Origin: Heptranchias perlo | Taxonomy: Eukaryota | Length of the DNA stretch: 64,000 nt | Assembly: GCF_035084215.1 (NCBI RefSeq) | Contig: NC_090336.1 | Location: 33,542,001-33,606,000 of the forward strand | Direction of reading: 5' to 3' | Part shown: positions 12,525 to 25,595 of the stretch, one piece after another | How the letters are laid out: each line of letters opens with the position of its first letter | Numbering within the stretch: position 1 is the first letter of the stretch | Notes under the pieces: generated by a model | The model's input: only the letters and a program-made list of their open reading frames with translations | Database searches by the model: none | Told to the model about the DNA's origin: nothing | Translations under genes and position numbers: made by a program

Positions 12525-12962
12525 TCTATTAAATCTCCCCTCAACCTTCTCTGCTCTAAGGAGAACAATCCCAGCTTCTCCAGTCTCTCCACATAACTGA
12601 AGTCCCATATCCCTCGTACCATTCCAGTAAATCTCCTCTGCACCTTCTCCTAATCCTTGACATCCTTCCTAAAGTGTAGTGCTCAAAATTGGACACAATA
12701 CTCTAGCTGAAGCCTAACCAGTGATTTATAAAGTTTAGCATAATTTCCTTGCTTTTGTACTCCATGTCTCTATTTATGAAGCCAAGGATCCCGTATCCTT
12801 TTTTAACAGCTTAATCAACTTGTCCTGCCACCTTCAAAGATCTGTATCCGTGAACCCCCAGGTCCTTCTGTTCCTGCACCCTCTTTAAAATTGTACCATT
12901 TAGTTTATATTATATCTCCTCGTTCTTCCTTCCAAAATGCACCACTTCACAGTTCTCTGCAT
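12525..12962 (-). mobile_element. CR1 ORF2 C-terminal fragment
   Basis: Collinear with 23320-23740 (ggagaacaatcccagcttctccagtct, cctgccaccttcaa). Confidence 0.85.
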
Positions 12963-14262
12963 TCTCTGACTACACAGGAGAGCTTTAAAGAAAGCAGGAT
13001 CTGTAAAGTGTTTCCCACAACACTAATGTTTATCCATTTCGGTGCAACATCACATCTAACTGGAAACTACATCAAGTGTAGTGTCTTTTGGTAGGTTACC
13101 GTAGCCTTGCTGCATTGAAAGCACCTCAATCACGGTATTTCATTTTTACATGATACAAGATGAAAGAAGGCATGACATGAAGATGAGAAGGCACTACAAA
13201 TGATTAGAAACATCTGCCATTTCTACCTTTGTTCCCAAGCTTTTGGCAAGTGCACAACAAACTATTTGGTCTATTCTGGGGTGATTCTCCTAAAACCTTT
13301 CTGCACAATTGCTTGGAACTCCGCACTTGCATTAAACTCTTTGCGAATGTGTGAAAAATACTTTCAAGTATTCGAATTTAGGTACCTAACATGGGCTTGG
13401 AGAAAGAGGAGGCAGTGTGGTCTCATGACCACCTAATTTACAGGTGCAAGTCCTGTTTCCTGCCACACTGCAATTGATTGGAAGACCACTGCTGCTGGGT
13501 TCTTCAGCCCCTCTTTGCTCTCCCGACTGAACCCAAATCAGGTCAATCACGCCATGCCGGGATTACGCTGTCAAGTTAGGGGCACAGGAAAAACTAAGGC
13601 TCAAGAACATCACCTCAAAATGATGGGCTTGAATCCAGCTGGGAAACACAATTAGAAAATAATCAACTCAATTCACTAATTAGATCATTGAAGAACAAAT
13701 TGAAAACTCTTTTGATTAAAAATTTTATTTTATAAAGCTTTCTAAAATGCAGGTTGGATGTGCACGTGCTGTGAGTTCGTATGATGGCCTTGCAATGGTG
13801 CTCCTGTTACCCAGTTTGTCCCACACGGCCAAAACCAGTCCGAGCAGTGGCTGGGACCTTTAGACTGGTGAGGTTTTCAGGTGCTACACGAGTGGCATGA
13901 ATGGCATCTAAAACGCTGAATGCTTACTCAAAACATGAGTAGTCGGCAACAATTTTGTTCAGATGCAGTATCCAACATTTGGGCATCAGTATGTGCTGAC
14001 AAAAGGATGTCAGCTACAGAAAATGCTCCAAAAAATGATCTCTGCCAATTGCCTCTGTTCTAATTTTATACTTCACAAGTGCAATCAAATAAGTCCTTCA
14101 GCTTTGCTAAGGACAGTGCCAAAATCCGTACAAAAGCAATAAATGCTAAATTAGAAAGCAGGCTGTTCGAGCAGACATATACACATATAAATCTTAAAAT
14201 AAAGATAAGAGCTTGAGTTCTTACAGCAGAGGGCAGTGTTGAAAGGTATGTTTTACTAATTT

Positions 14263-14750
14263 AAGAACATAAGAACATAAGAAATAGGAATAGGAGCAGG
14301 CCATACGGCCCCTCGAGCTTGCTTCGCCATTCAACAAGATCATGGCTGATCTTCGACCTCAACTCCACTTTCCCGCCCAATCCCCATATCCCTTGATTCC
14401 CCTAGAGTCCAAAAATCTATCGATCTCAGCCTTGAATATACTCAACGACTGAGCATCCACAGCCCTCCGGGGTAGAGAATTCCAAAGATTCACAACCCTC
14501 TGAGTGAAGAAATTTCTCCTCATCTCAGTCCTAAATGGCCGACCCCTTACCCTGAGACTATGCCCCCTAGTTCTGGACTCTCCAGCCAGGGGAAACAGCC
14601 TCTCAGCATCTACCCTGTCAAGCCCTCTCAGAATTTTATATGTTTCCATGAGATCACCTCTCATTCTTCTAAACTCCAGAGAGTATAGGCCCATTCTACT
14701 CAATCTCTCCTCATAGGACAACCCTCTCATCCCAGGAATCAATCTAGTAA
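14263..14750 (-). mobile_element. CR1 LINE 3' fragment
   Basis: ORF 14359-14742 MIPGMRGLSYEERL..WNSLP; (ttcttatg)n tail; same subfamily as 56753-57470. Confidence 0.95.
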
Positions 14751-15044
14751 AGAATCAATTTAGAAGGGTCTGTTCTAAAGCAAACTGTTTAATTTTAGTT
14801 ATTTTATTCCTGTTAGAGACCCTGCCAGCCTTCAGTTTATCTTTCACCCTTGAAAAAAAAATAAAAATTCAGTTTTCTTTACTTTTTGACTACTGTTTCT
14901 TCTTCCTAACCACAGCCTAGTGTTCACATTAAAATCCCAGTCTCACTTGGGGGGTACATGAATCGAGCAGCATACTCTCTCATAGTAATAGGCGGGCCTT
15001 TCCCCATCTCCAACCCAGTTCAGTCCAGCCTGCCAATAATGTGT

Positions 15045-15330
15045 ACGTGTCCAGGTACACAAATCACTAAAAGCTAGTGCACAGGTACAAAAAGTAACCA
15101 GAAAGGCTAATAGAATGTTGGCCTTTATGCAAGGGGGTTGGAATACAAAGGGGACGAGGTTATGCTTCAGTTGTACAGAGCATTGGTCAGACCGTGTCTG
15201 GAGTACTGTGTTCACTTTTGGACAACGAACTTTGGAAAGATATATTGGCCTTGGAGGGGGTACAGCACAGATTCACTAGAATAATACCAAGGCTTAAAGG
15301 GTTAAATTATGAAGACAGGTTGCATGAATT
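15045..15330 (+). mobile_element. CR1 ORF2 fragment
   Basis: Decayed ..LQLYRALVRPCLEYCVHFW..GLKGLNYEDRL. Confidence 0.85.
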
Positions 15331-15362
15331 TAAAAAATAAATAAATCCAGGCCTGTTGTACA

Positions 15363-17207
15363 TAGGATTGTCAATCTTCCCGGAATTGAGGATCGATCAC
15401 CTGGGCACTGCTGCGAGCAACCCGGGAGAAAATAGGAAGTCGAGTTGATGGGCAATGCCAGTACACCAATAAGAGAAGGGAAATCTTTTATGAATGGATA
15501 TGGAGACCAATAGGCATGGGATGGGGGCGGGCTTCTGTTGGCATGTTAGGCTGCGCTGGTGCCTGTGTGAACACCCTTGGCTGTCATAGCTGTTTGTATT
15601 TTGGCTTCAGCAGTATCCATTTTACTTTAGTACATGTCGTAACTGTCTTATTCCAATCAATTCCTTTATCCATTTGGTAATAATCAGATCATTTTGTGAC
15701 TGAAGTGGTTGCAAACTATTGCTGCACTTTTTCCTCCCTCCAAATACATTTTTCCCTTGTCGTTTTACATGTAGAGGTTGAAATGGCTTTTAAATTCCCA
15801 CCCTTCAGCTGTCAGTGCCTATCTGTGTGACAGGGTTGCCCACCATCCTGGGTTATAGATGTTGCCTGACTTGCTGTATGTTTCCAGCATTTTCTGCTTT
15901 TCTTTGAGATTACAAAGAATTGGCCACCTTTGATTTCTCAGAGGAGGTGGCACATCTCAGAGCGCAACCCTTGGGGTGGTGGGGAATCACAGAGCTGAAC
16001 TCTCTGGGTGGTGGGAGATCACAGAGCGCAACTCTCGGGGCGGTGGGAGATCACAGAGCTCAACCCTTGGGGTGGTGGGAGATCAGAGAGCACAACTCTC
16101 GGGGTGGTGGGAGATCAGAGAGCACAACTATCGGGGCGGTGGGAGATCACAGAGCTCAACCCTTGGGGTGGTGGGAGATCAGAGAGCACAACTCTCGGGG
16201 AGGTGGGAGATCAGAGAGCACAACTCTCGGGGAGGTGGAAGATCAGAGAGCACAACTCTCGGGGCGGTGGGAGATCAGAGAGCACAACTCTCGGGGTGGT
16301 GGAGATCAGAGAGCACAACTCTCGGGGCGGTGGGAGATCAGAGAGCACAACTCTCGGGGTGGTGGAGATCAGAGAGCACAACTCTCGGGGAGGTGGGAGA
16401 TCAGAGAGCACAACTCTCGGGGAGGTGGAGATCAGAGAGCACAACTCTCGGGGAGGTGGGAGATCAGAGAGCACAACTCTCGGGGAGGTGGGAGATCAGA
16501 GAGCACAACTCTCGGGGTGGTGGAGATCAGAGAGCTCAACTCTCGGGGAGGTGGGAGATCAGAGAGCACAACTCTCGGGTGGTGGGAGATCAGAGAGCAC
16601 AACTCGGGGTGGTGGGAGTTCACAGAGCCCAACTCTCGGGGTGGTGGGAGTTCACAGAGCCCAACTCTCGGGGAGGTGGGAGATTAGAGAGCACAACTCT
16701 CGGGGAGGTGGGAGATTAGAGAGCACAACTCTCGGGGAGGTGGGAGATTAGAGAGCACAACGCTGGGGGCGGTGGGAGATCAGAGAGCTCAACTCTCGGG
16801 GAGGTGGGAGATCAGAGAGCACAAGTCTTGGGGTTGGTGGGAGATCAGAGAGCTCAACTCTCGGGGCGGTGGGAGATCAGGGAGCTCAACTCTCGGCGTG
16901 GTGGGAGATCAGAGAGCACAAGTCTTGGGGTTGGTGGGGATTAGAGGGCACACCTCCCAGGGGTGGTGGGGAACCATTCATGGGGGTACTTGGGAAATTT
17001 CCCCATATCCTGATACCCAGTCTGCCCCTGTCAGTGAATAAAAACCTTTTTTATTGGCTCAGGGGGAGCAAAGACACTCAGCTACAGGGAACCCAACCTT
17101 TTTAAGGTAAATGGAATAGCATTTGCAAATTACATCCACGAGTCATGTGATCAAGCGTCACATGATCAAACCTCCAGGAATGCGTCCAACCAGAGTGGGC
17201 AACCCTA
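15363..17207. mobile_element. Non-autonomous hAT-like DNA transposon containing a minisatellite
   Basis: Imperfect TIRs taggattgtcaatct / agagtgggcaaccta (TAGGGTTGCCA-type); flanking 8-mers gttgtaca (15355-15362) and gtggtact (17208-17215) match 6/8, consistent with a decayed 8-bp TSD. Confidence 0.55.
15941..16971 (+). repeat. G-rich minisatellite, about 32 units of 31-32 bp (GGGAGATCAGAGAGCACAACTCTCGGGGAGGT)
   Basis: Directly visible tandem array with homogeneous centre, degenerate edges and no unique spacers. Confidence 0.97.
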
Positions 17208-19574
17208 GTGGTACTGTGCTGATGTCCTGTCTGGAGGGAGGTTTTATTATTCTGTATTAGAGAGAAGGTTAGAGGCTGCAATTTACAAATCGACCCTTGT
17301 AATGAGAATCCATTTTATAGCGTATGAGTCACATGCATGACCTAAACTGACAGCAGTTTTTTCTTCCTGTGTGTGATCTGTCCATTGAAGATTGCTTTAA
17401 ATGTCATGCGGCAGAAGCCTGAGCAGGCAAGACAGCAAGACGTCAGAGAAAATTGATTCTGAACCATGTACAACATTTCCAGCTACTGTTTTGTGCTTTT
17501 ATAATTTTCAAGAGATGGCTTCCTCCTGTGTCATCAAAGGGTTCTATCGTGCTCGACCTGCAGAACATGGCACGGCATGGATCTGTTGGGCCGAATGGCC
17601 TGTTTCTATGCTGTATATTCTATGTAACATAGTGACGGCAGACGTATACATTGTACTGAGGAGGTTCCTAGCAAACAGAAACTTTTAGAATTTTCAACTG
17701 TGTCTCATAGTCATTAGATAATTACTAATTATGCATCTCTTGTGACATTACTTATGGTAAACCGTATGATACACTTTTGTGAGACACGGAACATTATACC
17801 CTGTAATACACAATATATTCTGTTGCTAAAGTTCAACTGCGTGTAACCTTGTGTGTCCCATTTAAGACCCCAGGGTCTAATTGCTCTGCCTTCTTGAAGT
17901 CAGTTGGAGGTTAATTGGTCTTAGGCAGGTTATGAGGTAATTAGAAGTCAGAAGCAACCAGTAGGAAATTGTTCTTTTTTTTAAAAAGCATGACATAACT
18001 TGGATGTGCAATGCTGTGATACCTTGTGCGTGACTGGTGTCTCAAAACCTGTATATGTAATTCAGGTATTAAAAGTCTTATGCATTGTATACTCTATTTC
18101 GTATGTTCTTCCTGTGCTTATAGAAAAGGTTGTGTCATCCATATTGCATCACCCCTGAGTGTTATGCCTGCGTACTATGTTCAAGCTAGTGAGGTTTAAA
18201 TTTCCCATATACTGATATTGTACTTACCCTTCAGTGCTTCCAGCTCTGAGATTTGTGTTTCCAAGGTAGGTGGTTCTCTGGTGTTACGTTCCACGGTACC
18301 ATCCCCTTCTTCTTTTCTTCCTCTGGCATGTTCGCTTCCTATCCTTACTGCATCCCTTCCCTAAGTGACACCCCACACCCGCCACCAGAAAATGCAGCCC
18401 TCAGGCCCGATCCCATCGCCACCTTTCAGCCGCCACCTGTAGCCCCAAAGGCACCTCCGATCCACTGGCCTGCAACCCTTCCCCACAAGTGCCCCATACC
18501 AGCCACCTGATAGGTGATCTCTGGGCTTAATACCTGACTCCCTTCCTGCTGTCACCCGCAGCCTCAAAAGAATGTGCCACCTGCTGGCCTTCAGCCCTGG
18601 CTGCAGCCCACGCTGTCCGTACTCCTACCGGCTGAAGCCCACACCTTGCACCAAAAAAAAAGGAGAGAAAGTCAAAGAAGATGGAGAAGAGAACAGAGAA
18701 AGAATCAGAAAAGAAGACAAAGTGAGATAGAGAGAAGCAGAAAAGAACAGCAAGAAAGAATCTGAATGGTGTTGGGCTGGGCTGGGAGGGAATAGGGAGT
18801 TAAAAATTCAGACAACCAGAGCGGCAACCAGCAACACAAAGAGGGCAGAGAGTGTATGCTGCGACTTACCATGAGCAACCCCATGAGAGATCCATTGGTA
18901 ATAAAATTAAGGCTCTAATGCTGCTCTTCATAATGCCTGGGGAACGTTCAATTCCCAGGCGTTACAGAGGAAAAGGGAGCAGAGACCCTTTACGTAGGAT
19001 CTCTGCCCCTTTAGGTTGCCCCAGGATTTTTGGGCTACCTCAGAGGGGCAGAGATCCCATTTTTTAACAGAAGCAGAACAGTTTTAAAAAAAGAGAGAAA
19101 AATAAGTCAGTTACTAAATGCTGGGTGCTTTTGACTTCGAGCAGAAACTGTCAAATGCTTTAATATTTGCAAAATTACCTGACCAAACTATTATTAACTA
19201 AACTTGTACTTGCTTAACAACAATTACACTTTCTGGCATTAAATAGAGACATCTCCACCTTAGCACAATAGTATATTGTGTACTATGTGGTATAAAACCC
19301 CTGTTATAAAATTGCATATTATCCAGCTTATCGTGAGCAATAACATGGGAGATGTGTACAGTCCTTGAAAACAATGAACATAATTCTTCTTAAAAAGTGT
19401 AGACACTTACACAATTATAGCAGAAATTGGGCTCACTGCGCTGCCCAAGTAATTCTGCACCTGAAGTTGAACTTGTTGGCTTGATGAAGAATGAGCATCA
19501 GTCTGAAGATGTACATTGGTCTTGGTCTCCCCCTTCTTGCTGGAGTGTTAACTATGGCAAAGTTGTAGTGGACC

Positions 19575-20412
19575 TTTTTTTTCATTCGTTCATGGGATGT
19601 GGGCGTCGCTGGCGAGGCCGGCATTTATTGCCCATCCCTAGTTGCCCTTGAGAAGGTAGGTGGTAAGCCACCTTCTTGAACCACTGCAGTCCGTGTGGTG
19701 ACGGTTCTCCCATAGTGCTGTTAGGAAGGGAGTTCCAGGATTTTGACCCAGCGAAGATGAAGGAACGGCGATATGTTTCCAAATCAGGATGGTGTGTGAC
19801 TTGGAGGGGAACGTGCAGGTGGTGTTGTTCCCATGTGCCTGCTGCCCTTGTCCTTCTAGGTGGTAGAGGTCGCGGGTTTGGGAGGTGCTGTCGAAGAAGC
19901 CTTGGCGAGTTGCTGCAGTGCATCCTGTGGATGGTACACACTGCAGCCACTGTGCGCCGGTGGTGAAGGGAGTGAATGTTTAGGGTGGTGGATGGGGTGC
20001 CAATCAAACGGGCTGCTTTGTCCTGGATGGTATCGAGCATCTTGAGTGTTGTTGGAGCTGCGCTCATCCAGGCAAGTGGAGAGTATTCCATCACACTCCT
20101 GACTTGTGCCTTGTAGATGGTGGAAAGGCTTTGGGGAGTTAGGAGGTGAGTTACTCACCGCAGAATACCCAGCCTCTGACCTGCTCTTGTAGCCACTGTA
20201 TTTAAATGGCTGGTCCAGTTAAGTTTCTGGTCAATGGTGACCCCCAAGATGTTGATGGTGGGGGATTCGGCGATGGTAATGCCATTGAATGTCAAGGGGA
20301 GGTGGTTAGACTCTCTCTTGTTGGAGATGGTCATTGCCTGGCACTTATCTGGTGCGAATGTTACTTGCCACTTATCAGCCCAAGCCTGGATGTTGTCCAG
20401 GTCTTGCTGCAT
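19575..20412 (-). mobile_element. Non-LTR retrotransposon family B, 3' fragment
   Basis: ORFs 19582-20094 and 20155-20442 match 7820-8595; poly(T) on the plus strand at 19575-19582. Confidence 0.95.
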
Positions 20413-21169
20413 GTCTCTCTGCTCCAAAGCTATTGCATACACTTAATGTCCATATGAGGCAACGAAATAGAACTATAGTATGTTTTACATTCAGTACTAC
20501 TCTCCAAGGATTTCAAAGAACTTTACCAGACATGTAAGTCATTATACACCTGACTTCGAAATATTTGATGATGCTGACACTGGAGGAAAAAGTGGAAAGT
20601 GTTCCATTCTGTAGTGTTAACATTCCTTACATTGATAATCTTTGCTTTCATATAACATACATTTTCAGCGCAATTGGTATTTAGAGATTACAGTGGATAA
20701 TTTGTCCTGATTTAAGTTTTGCATCAAACAGATATTGCTCTAATATAAACACAACCATTGCAATTCAAAAGGGTATCTCCCTTCAATGGATTCCAGTGGT
20801 AGCTCTGTTGTCTATACATTTCATAGTCTTGTGGCCATTTGACATACATAATGTTCAGGTTACATTTGTATTTTTCTGCTTATCCAATCGTTTTCTTTCA
20901 ACAAGAACTAGATAGAATCTGTGGATTGTAGGGAGTTGGGGAGGAAGGAATTATTTTTTGTAAAGTGAGAAGAAGCCATTGATTATCTCAAACAAGTTGG
21001 AGTTTGAATGCTAAAGATTGTTATTGAATTAATTAAATAGAGTAGAGATGTTAGATCCATGTATGATCTCCCTAATTTACCTGGACTATGATATATTGTT
21101 TGCATGGAGCCAATAGATCAAGTGGTCCTACAGTTGTCCTAGGTTCACACTTCAGACCTGTTTGTAAAT

Positions 21170-21280
21170 TGACTACCATATTTGCCTACATCACAACAGT
21201 GACTATGCTCCAAAGGTGGCTGTGAAGCACTTAATGTCCTGGGGACATGAAAGACGCTATATAAATGCAAGGTTTTTTTT
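21170..21280 (+). mobile_element. Deu-SINE/L2-type 3' tail fragment
   Basis: acaacagtgactat..gaaagacgctatataaatgcaag. Confidence 0.65.
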
Positions 21281-22554
21281 TCCTTAACACTGGCACAGGC
21301 ACAATATGCCCAATGGCTACCTTATCATTTCTATGATTCTAAAATTTCTATGGTTCGAAGTACTGCACATCCACCACCCCCATCTTCACCAAACTTCTTG
21401 TGCTTGGAGAAATATTTGAATTCCGTAGTCATCTTACTTCTCTGCTGAAACCAAGACCAGCCTGTCCTGCTTCCCATATTGCTCCAGTGGCAATGTCATT
21501 GTTAATCTATGCACATTGCTGAGGTTTCAAGATATTGCCCAAATACTGCATGCTGTTCTGACTGCCCCCTGACAAGATATCCTGACATACCCCACCCCTC
21601 TAAGAGTGGCTGTTCCTGGGAAACTGCTGTCTAGTGTATGACCCCTGACTGTGCTCCCTCCATTTAACTGTGATGAGATAATGACAAGTTCAAGCAAGCT
21701 CCAAAGTGCACCAAATCAGCAGCAGAGAGAATCTGTCAGAAGATATTACAACCTTTACCCATTTGGGATTAGCTGTTCTTTTTGCGTTCCCTTGGGCCAC
21801 AGCCATGGCTGAGTTGCTTGCGTGTTTTTCCATAGTAGCTGCTTCAATGCTTTTATTGTTAACAAAGCATTTCCTATTGCTTCAGGTCAGGGGTTCAAAT
21901 GATTTAAGAAGTGATAGACTGTGATGAGCACAATACAGCTCAGACCTGCTTGATCTAATGGAGAGATGAAGTTATTGCTGGTTGATAAACTAGAAACTGT
22001 GCACAATGAAGACGACCCAGTGCCCTATCCACATTTCAGTTGAAAGCTACTTGCCTTCTGTTTCTGCCTGTCTCTTGTTCTTTTATGTCTGTTCCTATAG
22101 TAAGGAAATGAATGGAATAGATGACATGCAGGATAATAGATCTCTGCTGAAGAAGAACAGAAATCCATAAAGTGCAATCCCATAATACCTTAAAGTCAAT
22201 GTGGAAAATCTGGGCTCTGCTGGGTGGTTTTTTATATGTATACATACACAGCTATCACATGGAACGGACTGCTAAGCAGTACATTGAGTTTGCATTCAGC
22301 TGGAGCAGAAGTTAGTGTCAAAAAAGTTTTAAAAAGATGAGCTGGACTAAGTAACTGATTAGGAATGGCTTTGAAGATTATATGGGGAAGTATAGACCGA
22401 GATCATCAAATATTCCATGGAACACTTGCTTCATATAACAACACTAAGGACAAACAAATGTCAGCTACAAAAGGCAACTGTCTGGGGTTTGAATGCTGGA
22501 GTTTTGATGCAAAACATTTGGAGATGGGGAAGAGATCATGCAAAACTTTTACTC

Positions 22555-22951
22555 AGGAGAATGAAACCAGGGCTTAAAGGGTTAAATGATGAGGACAGGT
22601 TGCATGAACTTGGTTTGTATTCCTTTGCGTTTAGAAGGTTGTGGGACAATCTGATCGAGGTGTTTAAAATTATAAAGGGATTCGATAGGGTAGATGCAGA
22701 TAAACTATTTCCTGTGGTGGGGCAATCCAGAACAAGAGGGCATCATAAAATTAGAACAAGGCCATTTAAGAATCAAATCAGGAAGCACTTTTTCACACAA
22801 AGGGTAGTGAAAATATGGATCTTGCTCCTCAAAAAGGCTCTGGATGCTGGGACAATTGAAATTTTCAAGACTGAGATCAATAAATTTTTATTGGGTAAGG
22901 GTGTCAAGGGATATGGAGCAAAAGCGAGTAAATGGGGTTGAGGTGCAGATC
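22555..22951 (+). mobile_element. CR1 3' fragment whose 3' UTR continues at 25596-25669 beyond a nested CR1
   Basis: ORF 22417-22941 C-terminal half ..PGLKGLNDEDRL..KHFFTQRVV. The UTR ggtgcagatc|agccatcatct..gaatggcc is split by the 2.6 kb insertion. Confidence 0.88.
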
Positions 22952-25595
22952 TTAGAATCATAAAATCATAGAAAGGTTACAGCATGGAAGGAGGCCATTG
23001 AGCCCATCGAGTCCGCGCCGGCTCTATGCAAGAGCGATCCAGCTAGTCCCACTCCCCCGCTCTATCCCCGTAGCCCTGCAAATTTTTTTCCTTTCAAGTA
23101 CTTATCCAGTTCCCTTTTGAAGGCCATGATTGAATCTACCTCCACCACCCCCTCTGGCAGTGCATTCCAGATCCTAACCACTCGCTGTGTAAAATAAGAT
23201 TTTCCTCATGTCACCTTTGGTTCTATTGCCAATCACCTTAAATCTATGTCCTCTGGTTCTTGACCCTTTCTGTCAAAGGGAACAGTTTATCTCTGTCTAG
23301 ACCCTTCATGATTTTGAATACCTCTATCAAATCTCCTCTCAAACTTTTCTGTTCCAAGGAGAACAATCCCAGCTTCTCCAGTCTATCCACGTAACTAAAG
23401 TCCCTCATCCCTAGAATCATTCCAGTAAATCTCTTCTGCACCCTCTCTAAGGCCTTCGCATCTTTCCTAAAGTGTGGTGCCCAGAACTGGACACAATACT
23501 CCAGCTGAGGCCAAACCAGCGTTTTATAAAGTTTCATCATGACTTCCTTGCTTTTCTACTCTATGCCTCTATTTATAAAGCCCAGGATCCCATATGCTTG
23601 TTTAACCGCTTTCTCAACCTGCCCTGCCACCTTCAATGATTTGTGTACCTATACCCCCAGATCTCTCTGTTCCTATACCCCTTTTAGAATTGTGCCCTTT
23701 ACCGAAAGGTATCAGCTCGTATTTTTCTGCATTAAATTTCATCTGCCATGTGTCCACCCATGCCACCAGCCGGTCTATATCCTCTTGAAGTCTATCACTA
23801 TCCTCCTCACTGTTCACTACACTTCCAAGTTTTGTGTCATCTGCAAATTTTGAAATTGTGCCCTGTACACTCAAGTCATTAATATATATCAAGAAAAGCA
23901 GTGGTCCTAGTACCTATCCCTGGGGAACACAACTGTACACCTCCCTCCAGTCCGAAAAACAGCTATTCACCACTACTGTCTGCTTCCTGTTACTTAGCCA
24001 ATTCTGTATCCATGCTTCTACTGCCCCTTTTATTCCATGGGCTTCAATCTTGATGACAAGCCTATTATACAACATTTTATCAAACGCCTTTTGAAAGTCC
24101 ATATACACCACATCAACTGCATTGCCCTCATCTACCCTCTCTGCTACCTCATCAAAAAACTCTATGAATTTAGTTAAACATGATTTGCCTTTAACAAATC
24201 CGTGCTGGCTTTCCCTAATCAATCCACACTTGTCCAAGTGACTGCTAATTCTGTCCCGGATTATCATTTCTAAAAGCTTCCCCACCACCGAGGTTAAACT
24301 GACTGGTGTATAGTTGCTGGGTTTATCCTTACACCCTTTTTTGAACAAGGGTGTCACATTTGCAGTTCTCCAGTCCTTTGGCACCACCCCAGTACCTAAG
24401 GATGTTTGGACGATTATGGCCAGTACCGCTGCAATTTCCACCCTTACTTCCCTCAGCAACGTAGGACGCATCCCATCCAGACCGGGTGACTTATCTATTT
24501 TAAGTACAGCTAGCCTTTCCAGAACTTTTTAATGAATTTTTAGCCCATCCAGTATCTCAACTACATCTTCCTTTACTGAGACTTTGGCAGTATATTTTCC
24601 CTTGGTAAAGACAGATGGAAAGCACTCATTTAGTACCTTGGCCATGCCCTCTGCCTCCATGAGTAGATCTCCTTTTTGGTCCCTAATTGGCCCCACCCCT
24701 CCTCTTACTGTCCGTTTACTGTTTACATGCCTATAGAAGACTTTTGGATTCTCTTTTACGTTGGCCGCCAGTCTATTCTCATACTCTCTCTTTGCTCCTC
24801 TTATTTCCTTTTTAACTTCCCCTCTGAACTTTCTATATTCAGCCTGGTTCTCACTTGTATTATCAGCCTGACATCTATCATACACCCCCTTTTTCTGCTT
24901 CATCTTACTCTCTATCTCTCTTGTCATCCAGGGAGCTCTGGCTTTAATTGCCCTAAGCCTCGTGAGAAGGTACCCAGACTGTACCCGAACCATCTCCTCC
25001 TTAAAGGCCGCCCATTGTTCAATTACAGTTTTGCCTGCCAATCTTTGATTCCAATTTACCCGAGCCAGATCTGTTCTCATCCAACTGAAATTGGCCCTCC
25101 TCCAATTGAGTATTTTTACTTTAGAGTGGTCCATGTCCTTTTCCATTGCTATTCTAACCCTTATGATACTATGATCCCTAAATGTTCTCCCACTGACACT
25201 TGCTCCGTTTGGCCCACCTCATTCCCCAGAAACAAGTCCAGCAATACCTCCTTCCTTGTTGGGTTGGAAACATACTGGTCAAGAAAGTTCTCCTGAACAC
25301 ACTTCAAATATTCCTTCTCCTCTTTGCCCTTTATACTATTACTATCCCAGTCTATATTAGGATAGTTGAAGTCCCCCATTATCACTATCCTATGGCTTTT
25401 GCACCTCTCTGTAATTTCCCTGCAAATTTGCTCCTCTATATCCTTCTCACTAGTTGGTGGCCTATAGAATACACCCAGTACTGCAATGGCACCTCTATTG
25501 TTTCTTAACTCTAACCAAATAGATGTTGTCCTTGACCCCTCAAGGGCATCCTCTCTTTCCAGTACTGCAATATTCTCCTTTATCAATACTGCCAT
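22952..25595 (-). mobile_element. CR1 LINE, about 2.6 kb decayed ORF2 (APE plus RT)
   Basis: FYRPP..MGDFNYP..LDLFL (APE); SQHGFVKGKSCLT, DFQKAFDK, ISKFADDTKL (RT); PQLEYCVQFW; (tctatgatt)-type tail. Confidence 0.96.

Noticed and set aside
15920-17105. Minisatellite as a CRISPR array, or its three 250-aa ORFs as genes
   Set aside because: Units are contiguous with no unique spacers and no cas genes; the ORFs arise because the 32-bp unit lacks stops in all frames.
24676-25296. 206-aa plus-strand ORF and similar antisense ORFs over LINEs and Harbingers
   Set aside because: Antisense shadows of transposon coding sequence.
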